Assembly: GCA_021613535.1 (NCBI GenBank)
Contig: CP075493.1
Coordinates: forward strand, 13,082,001-13,146,000
DNA: 64,000 nucleotides
Source: Adineta vaga
Taxonomy: Eukaryota > Animalia > Rotifera
Reading direction: 5' to 3'
Positions within the stretch are counted from its first letter, which is position 1, and each line of letters opens with the position of its first letter. The notes beneath the pieces are model-generated. The model made no database searches. It was given only the letters and a program-made list of their open reading frames with translations, and had not been told where the DNA came from. Made by a program: the position numbers and the translations under genes. This document shows, piece by piece, positions 50,983 to 63,760 of this stretch.

Positions 50983-52001
50983 ATTTAACGAATGTTTGAA
51001 ATAGTTTGATTCTTTTTTTTTTCTTTCACAGGAAAGAAATATTTTTTGTCAAAAAAAATGAGTTGACGCTTGGATGATGCACTTTTCTTTATGATAAAAA
51101 CTAGCAAAATCATGTAATTACATGCTGTGCAAGTTAGCAATCTATATGATTAGAATAAACTACACTAAAACAGAAGAACAGGAAATAAAATATTCACTTC
51201 CTGGAGTTTTTTTTTGTAAAAGAGAGAAACATTAGTTTAAGAATATTTGTTTATTTAATGGTTGCAAGTTCTTCTCTATCGCATTATGTTATGATCTTAC
51301 GACATATTTTTCTCAATTTCTGATAGAAGACAATAGTTGATGCGAGATAGAAAATTTCGATGTTATTTCTACGATCAGAAAAAAATGTTACACTGTCAGC
51401 GCAAAGCAAACTCGAATTTTGTGTTGTGTGACAATTACATGGTCGTTCAAGAACGGTATTGAATAGAATTTCTTGATTAAAATGCTGAGTAACATAATTG
51501 ACTGCTATTTATCAATGGTATAAACAACATAATAAGCGCAAAAATAAGATGCATTACCCTTACGTTGTGAAAATTATTCTTCGTTATTTATTCTCATCAA
51601 AATCGCATAATTAATAGATCGAAATGTTCAATACACTCTCAGATCATCCACTTATTCTGATGATTTCGTTCGATGATTTCTTCTCATCACGCAAATCTTT
51701 CTTGATGCCCGTGAAAAAGTAGCGAATATTTCTACCAACAAGAATAATCTTGAGACCTTTTGAAAATACACTTAAACATTGCTGTATATTGAAAAATGAT
51801 TTCGCATTATCGTTTATCTATTTTGTTCCGTTTCGCTCTGATTGTACATATTAACACATTTTTAAGGATGTATTTCTATTGATTTGCCAAAGGCTAAACA
51901 TTCAATAGTAGTATATTTATGTAGAAAAGACTTAAAGATGTAACATAAATTTTAGTGAGTGTGAGGGTGTGGACAACAAAACGTTTGTAAGAATTCTTTA
52001 G

Positions 52002-53078
52002 TTATTGTTTAGAAATGGTGAGAAAACAATGCACATAATCCATAGCATGATCTCCAGGTGCATTGATCACATCATTCTCCATGGCTTGGTAGAAGCGATC
52101 AATAATGATCTGACGTTCAGCTGAAGTGCGCTTCATATCAAGTGCATTCAGAAAAGTACTTTCGGACCACGAACGTAAAGTTGGTATGTAGGCTTTGGCA
52201 AAAGTTATTGCATCACCATGTTCTCGAAATTGTGCGGCATATGGACATTTTGTCACATGTGTGGTGACATTCTGAAGAACAAGACCTGCACGTCGTATAG
52301 ATGAATTCTCGTCTTGAAATGGTGCTGTAAATTCGTTCACGGTTCTATAGTATTGCTGAAATGTGCCGTTATGATACTCAGATTCAGTGATTTCACCATT
52401 GTTCTTGAGCTTTCGCCAATGTTTAGCAAACCAATCAAACATATTGATCGGACCACCCGTAGCGCCAAGATAATGACCTTGTTCATCTATACAAAAATTA
52501 GCAAATACAAGTACGCCGCCAGCAACGAGTTCTCGAGCTCGTCCTAAGAGAATCGTTTCCCAATCTATAACAGCTTGATGATGAAATAGTTCATATTCTT
52601 CTTTACGAGCACCTGTTGCGTGTACGTGATCAGCAATGAATGATGGTCTTGCGCTAAGCCAGTGCATGGCCGTTGCAGAGAATCCAAACGAGAGAGTGTT
52701 ATCCGGAAATATTTGTCGATAAAATGTAGTTCCACTAGCAAATGTATACACATTTTGTTCACAAGTCAAAGGTCTAGCATGATCGTCATGATGAAGACGT
52801 TGAAATAATGCTGAAAAATCATTCTGCGGTAAATCTGTGTAAGTAATAGTGATAGGCTTCGTCATATTTCCTGCACGAATTGTTTTGATTATAAGTCGCA
52901 TCAGATCGAGTGAAGTGCCACCGTCAGCTGCACCGAAATCAGCAATTGTAAAAGGAGTATCGCTTCGAGATAGATTCTCGTCGAAAAAGCATCAATTACA
53001 AGATGACCTGCTATCGATTACGGCTTTTGCACCAACCGTATTTGTACTATAATAGCCTGCACCACGCATTGCGATCAT
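52002..53078 (-). pseudogene. SAM-dependent carboxyl methyltransferase (SABATH / Methyltransf_7), bacterial-like; in-frame TGA near the 5' end
   Basis: MRGAGYYS, TIADFGAADGGTS, DLPQNDFSALF, GTTFYRQIFP, FSATAMHWLS. ATG 53078 is in frame with 52901 but TGA lies at 52992-52994. Intronless. Confidence 0.8.
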
Positions 53079-54053
53079 GTTCACAATTGATCTACTTGCG
53101 TTATCTAGTAACGAAAATATTTGCGATCATAAGTTATATAAACGTTATAGAGAAAGATAAAAATTTCATTTTTGACTAGGCAGAATTGAACGGAAAGAAA
53201 GAGATAAATAAAATCTTTAAGGTAATACTCGACACTTTTAAATCAATTCTCATTTGCAGAAAAAGATAACATAAAAAAATCTTATATTTACATATAATTC
53301 TGACTGAATATTTAAACTTACATCGTCAGCACAGTAGATAGTTGATAGAAAAAGAACTGAAATTCTAAAAGTCATATAAACATGTGCTATATAGTTACTG
53401 ATAAGGTACGTTCGTATGTTTTTTTTCTTTTCTTCGTTTTGGGTGTGAGTATGAGTGCATCTTCTTCACTCAAACCAATTTGTTAAATAGTTTTGTTTTT
53501 ATTCTGAAGATTTCACCAAATAATCAGGAATACTGATCGCTTGAAAAAGAAAAATCGTCAACCAAAAGATTAGGCACCATTTTGACAAGCTCTTCAAACT
53601 GTAATGAGAATGAGGAACGAAATAACAGCATAAAAATAACAGTAGCTATCACCATGTTTTTTGTTTGATAAAAATACAGAACAGTCGAGTTCTAAAACAA
53701 GAAAGACTTACACAACGCATTGAAAATATTCCACTTTATAGTTTTGAAAAGTTATTTTAGATTGAGAATATTTGAAGAAGTAGAAGATTTTATATAATCT
53801 TTTATTATTAGCTACATGAAAACGCTTAATTTCGAAGACGTGTGGGTGGTTGAGTGTGGATTTGGAAGATGACATCGAAGTGACGCACTCTCGCTCTTTA
53901 TTGTAAAAGTGGAAAAGATTTTGTTTTGTGGTAATATTACGACTCTTCACTTTTAGTTTTTGAAGAAAAAAGAAGCCAAAAGAACATTTATCAATAAAAA
54001 CTAAAGTTTAATACTGAATGAATATTTAGTGTTGATGTCGTAGATCTGGCGAT

Positions 54054-55750
54054 CTAACGTTTCTTGCTTGATGTTGATGGAACAGATGCTACGTTTCCTG
54101 CTATTTTTATTGCTCCATTGTCAGCTTGTTTGGCTCTTCCGCTTGTAGTAGCAATAGAAATCTAAAAATAGAACAGATGCACATTAAAAAATCTTTAATT
54201 AATACATTCATTGGTCTTTTCTCTCTTACGGATTGCCTCGCAGGTTGGTTTTCGACGGACGATTGATTTTGTATATCTTCATCCAAGATTTCTCGAATCG
54301 CTGCCGCAACGTTTGAATGTTGCGATTTCTTCGGCCAGAAACGGTCCACTAATTTTTTTAATCCATCTAACAGGCTTTCTGTGCTGTTGAGACCACGTTT
54401 TGCCTCATCCCTTTGTTGCTCTGCTTCTTGTCGACATCGAGCTTGCTCATTTGCCTCTTCTACTTGACGGTCATATTGTTCATATAATTCTTTTTCCCGC
54501 GCATACCAGTCTTTCTGTTCTCGATTGTGCTTGGCTTCCAATTCACGCCCAGCTTCTTTTTCCTGCTCCAGGTTCTCTTCAACCAGATGGCGAGCCTTCA
54601 TTTCTTGGTGCAGACGGTTTTCAGCCAGAAGGTGAAGTTGCTGTTCCCGTAGCAACTTCTGTTCAGCCAGATGGCGATCTTGATTTTTCCGCTGCAGAGT
54701 TTCTTCGATCTGATGATGTTTTGTTTCTTCAGCTTTCAGAAGCGCTTTGAGTTTTTCTTGTTGATGCTTATCTGTCCTAGATTTTTCTTGCAAAGCTGCA
54801 ATAGTACGTGTATGCGCTTCTACAGTTGACTGTATGTCTTTCAATGCAGTAATTTTCTCTTTTAGTTCATCCCCTGTCTTGTCAAGTAAACTTTGCTTTT
54901 GTTGAAGATCTCTTTGAGCCTGATGAAGTTCGTTTTCCTTTAACGCTCCGTGCTCACGAGCACGTCTTAGCTTACTCATTCCCGTTGCATCGAGTGGAAA
55001 TGGTACGATATCACTGGTAAACATTTCAATGAGCATCGTACGATACTCACTGATCGTAACAAATTGATCGATCAGACTATCATTAGCCGTGTTATAATCA
55101 TCGCGATTAAGTGCACCAGAAAAGAAGATTCCTAACTTGAAGAAGTTGACGATTTCTTTGAAATGTTTATCTTCTGAAAGTTCCGATTTCAGTTTGGCTC
55201 GCTCATCTTCGCTTTTCGATTCGCAGTGGGTAACGATTAAACAAGAATTATTCGATATAGAGTTACCCAAAATGTCGAGCAATAATCGGAGTATTTGAAT
55301 ATCTTGGTCATTAATACCGCATGTAATTGCGATACAGAAGCAAATGACATGACACTTCGTAAATTCACGATTGATACACTCATCGAGGATGTTCAGAATA
55401 TATTCATCGTTACGAGCTTCAAGTTTATCGGTACCACGTTCAACAAAACCCGGCGTATCGATGATGTTGAGCATGACATTCTTCCCGGTAACATGATACG
55501 ACTCGACTATAGGAGATTCTGTACCCGCGAAAAGACTGAAGTCCTCTGGAATAGTCGTTGGATTAACAAGCAACGATTTGATAGTCGACTTCCCAGTACG
55601 TGTTCGTCCCAGGAGTATTATATTCTTCATCGTCGCTTGTGACACTCCATATTCACCATTCTGCTCGTAGTCTTTCTGGATGTCGTCCATCAGCTTTTCT
55701 CTTTTTTCTGCTAGATTGTTGTTCTTACGTACTCGGTCCCGAATCGACAT
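54054..55750 (-). CDS. AIG1/GIMAP-like P-loop GTPase with long coiled-coil tail
   Basis: G1 LLGRTRTGKST, G3 IIDTPG, G4-like VTHCE; E/K/Q-rich heptads. Probable intron ~54162-54229 gives a C-terminus ...SSKKR* at 54054. Confidence 0.85.
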
Positions 55751-56330
55751 CTTCAATTAAGATGAAAAAAATTATTATGAAACATGGATTTTTTTTCTCA
55801 ATGATACGCGCATATTTAAGAAATAATTATTTACCTTAGTTTTATCCAAGTTACTAGAACAACAAGTTTGCTTTATCGTTCGTGTTTCAAATACTAGAAT
55901 GTTGTGACACAATATTGCTCTTTATATGTAAAAGACAACGATGACCGTACCATAAATTTATCATAGTACGTCGGTTCTACCTGTGATAGATAACAAGGCA
56001 GCCTGATAATAACAGGGAAAAAACCATGCCTAGTCATTCATAGATAACTTGTTGGAGCTAGCATGTCCATTCGCAATATGTAAATAGAGATGCATAGAAA
56101 GAACATGACACGTCTTGGAAATCTCGATGTTCTTTCTCTTTACAGGTGTCTCATCGGAATTTTCCTCCTTATCCAACATTTTTGTTACGTTGTGTCATTA
56201 CACTGATAATCAACGTTATCTAAATGCTTTGTCTTCACGGTATATTTATATATATATATATATAGGGTAACATCGTCAAAACTCACTAACACATTTAACT
56301 ATCATACAACGTTCGAATATTGTTTCTATC

Positions 56331-57901
56331 ATGTCTGCATCACAACCAAGGGTAAACATTTATTTCTAAACACTGCATGTTTCTACTCATTTTGCTTTTC
56401 GTACCAGAAATCGCTCAGAGCACAACAAGCTGACAAAGATGTAAACACACAACGAGAAAAGTATATGAACGAAATTAAAACAGACCATGAAGAATTTGGC
56501 GATTTTCAAATGTCGAAATCGGTCCAAAGGAATGTAATGTTAGTAGGACGAACACGTACAGGGAAATCGACTATCAAATCGATGCTTGTTAATTCAATGG
56601 TCGTTGCTGAAGAACAAAAACTAATGGTAGGTACCAAATTCCCACAGTTCGAGACGTTCCATGTTGCTGTAGGAAAGAAGATTTCTACAGATGAATCTTC
56701 TGAAGATGTGCCTAAAGATGATTCTTCTGAAGAAGAAGATGTGTCTACAAATAATTCTTCTGAAAAGGATATATCTACAACGGAATCGCCTGAAGATATT
56801 GTCCTCAATATCATTGATACACCGGGCTTGTTCGAACGTGGTACCGATGAAATTACACCTCGTGACAATGACATTATCATGCAGGCCATCGAAGCTTGTG
56901 TCAATCAAGAAATTACCAAGTTTCATGTCATCTGCTTTTGTGTAGCAATAACAGTTGGCATTAATGAACAGGATATTCAAGCACTCAAATTAATGCTCAA
57001 AATGATGGGTGATAAAATAGCGTCTAATTCTTGTTTGATCATAACTCATTGCGAGTCAAAAGATAAGAAGCAGCGAAAATCTATAATATCGCAACTGAAA
57101 GAAGATAAGGAATTCAAATTGATCCGACCTTTCTTCAAAATGGGTATCTTCTTTTCTGGTGTACTCAACCGAGACGACTACAAATGCGGTAGTGAAAATC
57201 TCATAGGTCAATATCTCACCGTCTCGAAGTATCGTGCCAAACTTATTAAAATGTTTAGTAAGACTGTCAAGCCATTTCCACTGATTGACACGCTGATTAG
57301 TGACTCAAAACGCGCTTGCGACAACCAAAAATCAACAGCATTGGAACTTGAGCAGACGGAGATGAAACTTCGACACGCAAATGAAGATCTTAAGGACATC
57401 AAAAACTGTCTTCAAGAGAAAGAGAAAGAACTTAATGAAACTCAGAACAAGCTTAAAATTACGGATGCCGAGTTTGAAACGACAAAAAAAGAACTTAAAA
57501 AGAAAGAGACTGATCTAGAAGAGATGCAGGCTCAATTAGAAGACACGAAGTCAGCTGAAACCGGGCTGCAATCAATCATCGCAGACCTCCAAGTAAAATG
57601 CAACATGGATGAGCGCCAAAAGAAAGAACTTGAAGCGAAATTGGAATGGGAAGAAAAACAAAGACGTGAAGCAGAAAAGGCTCGAGAAACTGAAGCAAGA
57701 AATCGACTTATCGCTGAAGTTAAACTTGAGGCAGATGCCAAACTGCGCCGTGAGGAAAAAGCAAAAGAACATGAGAAGTATACAAGAGAAGTGGAAGCAC
57801 GCCAAGAAAAAGCTCGACTACAGAAGGAAGCACAACGGGAGCAAGAAATAGCACAGCAACGTCTGAAAGAGGAGCAAAAAGAAAAATGTTCGATTTCGTA
57901 A
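56331..57901 (+). CDS. AIG1/GIMAP-like GTPase paralog with coiled coil and C-terminal CaaX motif
   Basis: Exon 1 56331-56351 (MSASQPR), intron 56352-56407; LVGRTRTGKST, IIDTPG, ITHCE; ends CSIS*. Confidence 0.85.
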
Positions 57902-57997
57902 TTGTTACATTTTATATTATATTTTAAACATGAGTTACAAATAAACTAATGTGACTAATAACAAGTAAATCTATTGTGTATAAGGCTGGTACATCCG

Positions 57998-58078
57998 AGT
58001 GTGAGGATGTGGATGTGGGTGAATGTGTTGATGGAACCACCAAAGGATACTAGTATCCACACACCTACACCCACACCC
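57998..58078. repeat. Short inverted repeat of telomere-like hexamers
   Basis: GTGAGGATGTGGATGTGGGTG ... CACACACCTACACCCACACCC with internal palindrome GGATACTAGTATCC (58045-58058). Confidence 0.6.
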
Positions 58079-58087
58079 TTTTAATGA

Positions 58088-58112
58088 ATATATATATATA
58101 TATATATATATA
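58088..58112. repeat. (TA)n microsatellite
   Basis: About 12 TA units; a similar tract lies at ~56247-56263. Confidence 0.9.
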
Positions 58113-59659
58113 GTTAAACTTTATGATATAGAATGAATTATTCCAATAAACAAGGTGCAGAGAACATAGAAACAGTCTATTTCAATTACGTTTGTTCAGT
58201 AATAAATGGTTTAACACCAACTCAAAACGCTTGGGAATGTATAGATAAAATTTCCAATAATTTTCAGTTGTGACCTTTCACAGCATGAATAAATGTATGT
58301 TCGTGATCATTTATATTAAAAATGTGCATCATCTATTAGTACTATGTGTACTTCCAATAAATATTTGGAATGATCATTTCATAATGAGAAGAAAAGTAAT
58401 ACTTTTAGAGTGAGTAAGTGGTACAAAATAGCAGACGTGAAATATGAATGTTTGAAAAATTCTTTGCTTCATCTTTTCGAGTTACTTTTGAGCGATATGT
58501 TCCAATCGGTATACTTATGAATGCAACAAGAATCCAATTAATGTATATTTTCCGAATTTGTTTAAATTGAGGATTTTGTGAAATGTGTCCTTCCATTTTG
58601 CCTGATTCTGTATGTATACAAACGGACACTGGTTGTAACATCGTCTTTTTTTCGGAAATCGGCAATGTTTTCATGATGCAAATGAAACATGTCTAGAATA
58701 TACAATGAATTTCACATAGGTCAGGGTATAAATAAGATTGTGAATATACATTGAGCAAACTAAAAAAACTGAAATAAAGAAAATTAATAACATTATTTTT
58801 TATTAATACGAAGGACAAAAGTAAAGAGCTATACGTTTGAATCCGTAAGAGAAGCAATGTGTAAACAGAAAAAAGCCGATATTTATAAGAATATTCTATT
58901 CTTTTATGTATGAATGAGTGTAAATTTTCACACTAACATTTTATTCTTCTTTATGATAAATGCCGAGAGATATTCATCGAAAGTTGGAAATTTAACTTTA
59001 TAATGCATTTCATTGCAATTTGATAATTCGTATTTCAACATTAATTTTTAACTGGTTCATTTATCTGTTTTCGTGTATGTTATATTCATGCTCGTACTGT
59101 CAGACTTATCAGATGCATCATTGACAATAGCTATTCTTGTAATCATCATAAACGTCATAATCGTATCATTTCTATCAACTGAACAACTGTTAGAATAATG
59201 AAATGCTATATTTTATTGCGTGAGAAATAGAGAGAAAAAAACGTTATTAAACATGTTTTTTTCTTTTGTTGCTGTTGGTATATTCAAAGTATACTTGGAT
59301 GAAAATATCCAAGATTCTTAAACATCTATACTGCGAAGAATATTTAAATGAGATTTTTTTTCTTATTAAGTTCTCCTTCGATAATTTATTCATTATTCAT
59401 CCACATTATCAAGATCTATTAATAAAGACAAAACAAACAGAAAATGAAGATCAAACAATTCATACACAACAGGATTAATAGACAAATGATTCGAACAAAC
59501 ATAACAAATATTCATTCTTCGACACATTCTTTTTGTGTATCATTTCACACATTACCTACTCGATAGGATTGAACAAAACTAAGAGCAGAGAATCTATGAC
59601 GAACAGTGTATCCCTTGTTAGTGAACGAAATCACCTTGATCTATATTTCTACTCCTGCA

Positions 59660-60075
59660 CAGCTCAGGTCGTGCAGATCGTCCTTATAACGATTCCACAT
59701 GCATCTTTCACACGCATTTTAGTTTTAGCTTGACAATGAACTCCTTGATATGACGGCTTGCACTGACAATAAAATCCATCTATTGATGGAAAATCAAAAT
59801 ATTTCCCATAATTTTGACAGAGTTGTAAAGCACATCGAGATTCAGTTGGTACGATTTTTTTGTTTGCTTCAACAGTAAGAAATCAATTGATATTCAAATT
59901 CAACATTGTTACATGTAGCTTACTAATTTTATTGACACATCTACCAACTTTGAATGATGCAATACTAGCAGGTGGACAGTTGCGAACTATATCTTTCTCT
60001 CTCCGCCTGTACAATACTCGTAGCCAGAAGAATTAGCGAACGATTCAAAGTCGATGCGAGCTTGAACACATAAGC
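59660..60075 (-). pseudogene. Degenerate chitin-binding (CBM14-like) plus EGF-domain gene fragment
   Basis: Manual translation YEYCTGG...VRNCPP...FKVGRCV and RCALQLCQNYGKY...GFYCQCKPSYQGVHCQ, with stops and frameshifts. Confidence 0.45.
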
Positions 60076-60549
60076 CTTTTTCAACTAGAATCAAATACGT
60101 TATTTGTTCATTTGGTAAAGAATAAATCGACAGCATGTGTTAGTTGAATATCGATACTTATGACTCATATTTTGAGTATCATGGAAACGTTTTTGTTTGT
60201 GAGGCATAGCCAATGTTAACAAAGTATATCTCACAATATTCTGATTGGAAAACGTCAACAATTGTGATTGAGAATAACGTCAGATGTTGAGGAACAAAAA
60301 ATAGAGCAACATTTCAACGAAGTGAAATATTCCATTTGTGATTTGTCAATACATAATCATCGACAATGATAACAAAATCTATTCATACTATTAGTAGTAT
60401 CAATGGCAATCTAGTGTAATGTGCAAGAGAACATATTTAGAACATTGAAGCATACTTTTTATTTCTCTTATACGAAATCAACTCACTGCAGATATAAACA
60501 AAGCACATTTATTATTGACAAAAACGAGATACGAATAAATGATGATAAA

Positions 60550-62664
60550 TTAATTATAAGAAAAATTTGTTTTCACATCATTCGATTTCTTCCACATGAT
60601 GAATGCTTTTAAAGGTTGATTTAAAAAGAAATAAAGTAAAGTAATATTATCATAAAGTGTTGCAAGTAATTGAGGAAATCGATGCCATAATGGAGGATGT
60701 TTAATAATAATCTTTTCAGCATTTAATAGACTCGTTAAAGCTTGAGAAAAATCACCTTTTTTCATCAAACATAAACCAATTTGATATAATAAATCAATCG
60801 ATTGAATTTTTGTCGGATTATTTTCATCGTCGAATTTTTCTTCGATAAGCATTTGTCTAGTTTTTACAAAGACTTCATAAGCTTGAAGAAAATCTCCTTT
60901 TCTCATTAATTGTATACCAGTTTCATATAATCTATCAAAAGATTGATCTGTTGTCAGACTATTTTCATTAGTAGAATTTTGATTAGCTAAATCATGAATT
61001 TTCTGATCCAGCTCCGGTTTGGAAATTTTATTTATTTCTGCAATATGTAATGCATGTTGGTAACATGATACAGCATGTTCAATATTATTTATATTATTCC
61101 AAACATCACCAATATGATTGTAAAGTTCAATTGTTAAGAGATTCGTTTCATCTAATAATGACAAAACAATACCATAGAAAAGAAATGCATCTTCATATCT
61201 CGACAAATGATAATACAAATAACCAATAATCATATGAATAACTACTGATTTTGAATTATCGATACTAATATGACTAATACGAAGATAGGTTTTGTATATA
61301 TCAATTGCTTTTTGAAAACATCCTAAATTACTGAATATAAAAGCAATATAAATATACATCATATTTAGACATGAATTATTTGAAATGAATCGTTCGTTGG
61401 TTAATAGATAGTAATATCGTAATATCAGACGAAAATCATCTGTTTTCATAAATAACGAATGATTATTCTTAAAAATAGGCATATGCTTTTGAAAATCATC
61501 GATTAAATTTTCAATATGTTCAACTATTTCACTATCTAATGTAAGTTCAACAATCCATGTTGATGTGTCTTCTTGTTGAATCGAATCAATTCTAAATATA
61601 GTTCCAACAAAAAATAGAATTTCATTTTCATGTGGCATTGAACTAAAACTTGAGATATCAATAAATGGTCGAAATCTTTCATTCGTTATATGTGGAATAT
61701 GAATTTTAAATAAAGCACTCAGCGGAGCTCCAATTATAAACGCACGAGCAGTTTGTTCATGACGCGACGTTGACATAAATGTATTTGTCGAAATAAGAGG
61801 TTCAATATTTGATTGTAATCGTTTTAGATCATTAGGATTAAGAACTTGTCCTCGATACACAGTCAATGGGCCTATTTCTTTTTGTTTTATTGTTAATTCT
61901 TCAAATTTGTTGTATAAACCTATAAATATATAAAGAAATTTACACATATAACTGATATTTCTTGTACGAAATGCTTTATTTAATAGTCGATATAAGAATG
62001 AATCTTTTGTATACCAATTGAGAATAGTATCATTTGAACATGACTTATCAAAACAATGAATTCGAAATAATTCATTGGGAAAATTTTTATATTCTAATCT
62101 ACATTGATTTAACATGATTTGTTTTAATTCATCCATATTCATGTTATTTCTCTGTTCAATTAAATGGGAAATCAAATATCGATAACAAAATATTGTTAAA
62201 CTGTTGCCACTTAGATTTGTTAAGGTTTGATCAATCTTGTTCTCATACAACGAAGATATATTGATTGATAAGTCATTTGTATAAGTTAATAAAATATCTT
62301 TACGTAATCGATTGATTAATTCATAGAGATTTTCGAATGGACCGACTAATTTAGAATAATCTTGTTTATCCAATTGACTAGTTTCATGTTGTTGTGTTAG
62401 AGCATAAATAGAATGAATTTGAGATAAATCTTCAAAATTTGATAGACATTCTAAATTCATCAGCAGTACAAGTAGAATTTTACGTTCACTTTGAACTTCA
62501 TGTATGTAACTGATACAAGCTTCCATGGAACTAAATTTCTCTAAGTAATCAGCAAACTTTATTAGAGATTTTGGCATGTCACTTGATGAAAGCCAAACAA
62601 CACGAAAATCATCATGATTTTGAGTTTCATCCAATTCAGTCAATGATAAATTGTATTCTTCCAT
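60550..62664 (-). CDS. ADP-ribosyltransferase (R-S-E clade) plus TPR repeat protein, intronless
   Basis: WYTKDSFLYRLLNKAFR, TVYRGQ, FMSTS, ENEILF; multiple TPRs (LYNHIGDVW...AVSCYQHAL). Confidence 0.85.
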   Translation of the reverse strand: MEEYNLSLTELDETQNHDDFRVVWLSSSDMPKSLIKFADYLEKFSSMEACISYIHEVQSERKILLVLLMNLECLSNFEDLSQIHSIYALTQQHETSQLDKQDYSKLVGPFENLYELINRLRKDILLTYTNDLSINISSLYENKIDQTLTNLSGNSLTIFCYRYLISHLIEQRNNMNMDELKQIMLNQCRLEYKNFPNELFRIHCFDKSCSNDTILNWYTKDSFLYRLLNKAFRTRNISYMCKFLYIFIGLYNKFEELTIKQKEIGPLTVYRGQVLNPNDLKRLQSNIEPLISTNTFMSTSRHEQTARAFIIGAPLSALFKIHIPHITNERFRPFIDISSFSSMPHENEILFFVGTIFRIDSIQQEDTSTWIVELTLDSEIVEHIENLIDDFQKHMPIFKNNHSLFMKTDDFRLILRYYYLLTNERFISNNSCLNMMYIYIAFIFSNLGCFQKAIDIYKTYLRISHISIDNSKSVVIHMIIGYLYYHLSRYEDAFLFYGIVLSLLDETNLLTIELYNHIGDVWNNINNIEHAVSCYQHALHIAEINKISKPELDQKIHDLANQNSTNENSLTTDQSFDRLYETGIQLMRKGDFLQAYEVFVKTRQMLIEEKFDDENNPTKIQSIDLLYQIGLCLMKKGDFSQALTSLLNAEKIIIKHPPLWHRFPQLLATLYDNITLLYFFLNQPLKAFIMWKKSNDVKTNFSYN

Positions 62665-63086
62665 ATTCTATGTGATGCATCCAACTAAACGAAGTATTTA
62701 TACGCTGATGAATTGTTTTTACAATATGATTTGATATTAACATCGATTTGAATATATCAATCGATGAAATATATGCATGAATAATAACAGAAAACTAGAT
62801 GCTTACCTATATATTAATCATGATCAAAGAGTGTGTGCTCATAGAAGAAAACAAATTTACATGTCTATAACATCTATAAAATCTCATTGTTTATTAGTAA
62901 ATATTTAACATAGTCCAAACAGGAATGGCAGAAAATATGGAGATATATTCTCTATTTTTACGATTATATTAATCTGTATGTAGAAATCATTTTTTTTGCA
63001 AAAAAAAACAACCCAAGTTGAAGATAAGACCTTTTATACATCACGAAGCATGTGTACATCTATCAGTATATACTCTCGATCATTTT

Positions 63087-63171
63087 GAGGGTGGGTGGGT
63101 GTGGGTGTGGGTGGGTGTGGGTGTGGGTGAGAGTGGATCTCCCTTCTATATATCCACACCCACCCACACCC
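63087..63171. repeat. Interstitial (TGTGGG)n-like tract with inverted C-rich arm
   Basis: GAGGGTGGGTGGGTGTGGGTGTGGGTGGGTGTGGGTGTGGGTG ... CCACACCCACCCACACCC. Confidence 0.8.
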
Positions 63172-63210
63172 TATTGATAAACAGACGTGGAAGCTTCGTA
63201 TTGACAGAAT

Positions 63211-63760
63211 TTATGATTTCTTCAATAACATTAAGATCTCGTCGGTAACTCCTAGATGTTTGTAAAATATATTCATAATACCATCAACAGATTGTCTATT
63301 CCATATTTTTGTTGCATCATAATCATCTCTTGCAAAAATAAAATGACGCAAGTTAATATTATCTTGTTTAGAAGGAAAAAAATTAAATTTATTAGACGTA
63401 TTATTGACTTTTAGTTTCATTGTACGGAGTTTCGCATCAAAAAGATATTCGATTTCTTCTTTGATGATTTTCTCTGAATCTTCAATTGTTTGTACAACCA
63501 TTGAATTACGAACAATAATGATATACGAAGGACCAAAGTAAAGAGCTATTCCCCTTGGAATAGCAGTATCAGTACCAGCGGTATCAATGAAAACGATATT
63601 TACAGATAAATTTCAACCAACGGTAATAAATAAATCTTTTGCTGTATTCTGTACAAGTGTCATATCCCAATCCGATGTTGCTAACATACCAAGACTATTA
63701 ATACGAATAATAATATCATACGGGGTAACAAGGGGTGCCGTTAGAATTTCATATTAAAAA
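63211..63760 (-). pseudogene. Degenerate P-loop GTPase-like gene remnant
   Basis: YDIIIRINSLGML..., IVFIDTAG (G3-like), HFIFARD...WN; stop at ~63614 and no G1 motif seen. Confidence 0.35.

Noticed and set aside
24973-52994. Alternative genetic code (stop reassignment)
   Set aside because: TAA, TAG and TGA all terminate intact genes here (for example TAG at 890-892 and TGA at 16911-16913), and TGG is used normally for Trp.
58405-58674. 89-aa ORF
   Set aside because: No recognisable motif or splice context, so it cannot be supported.
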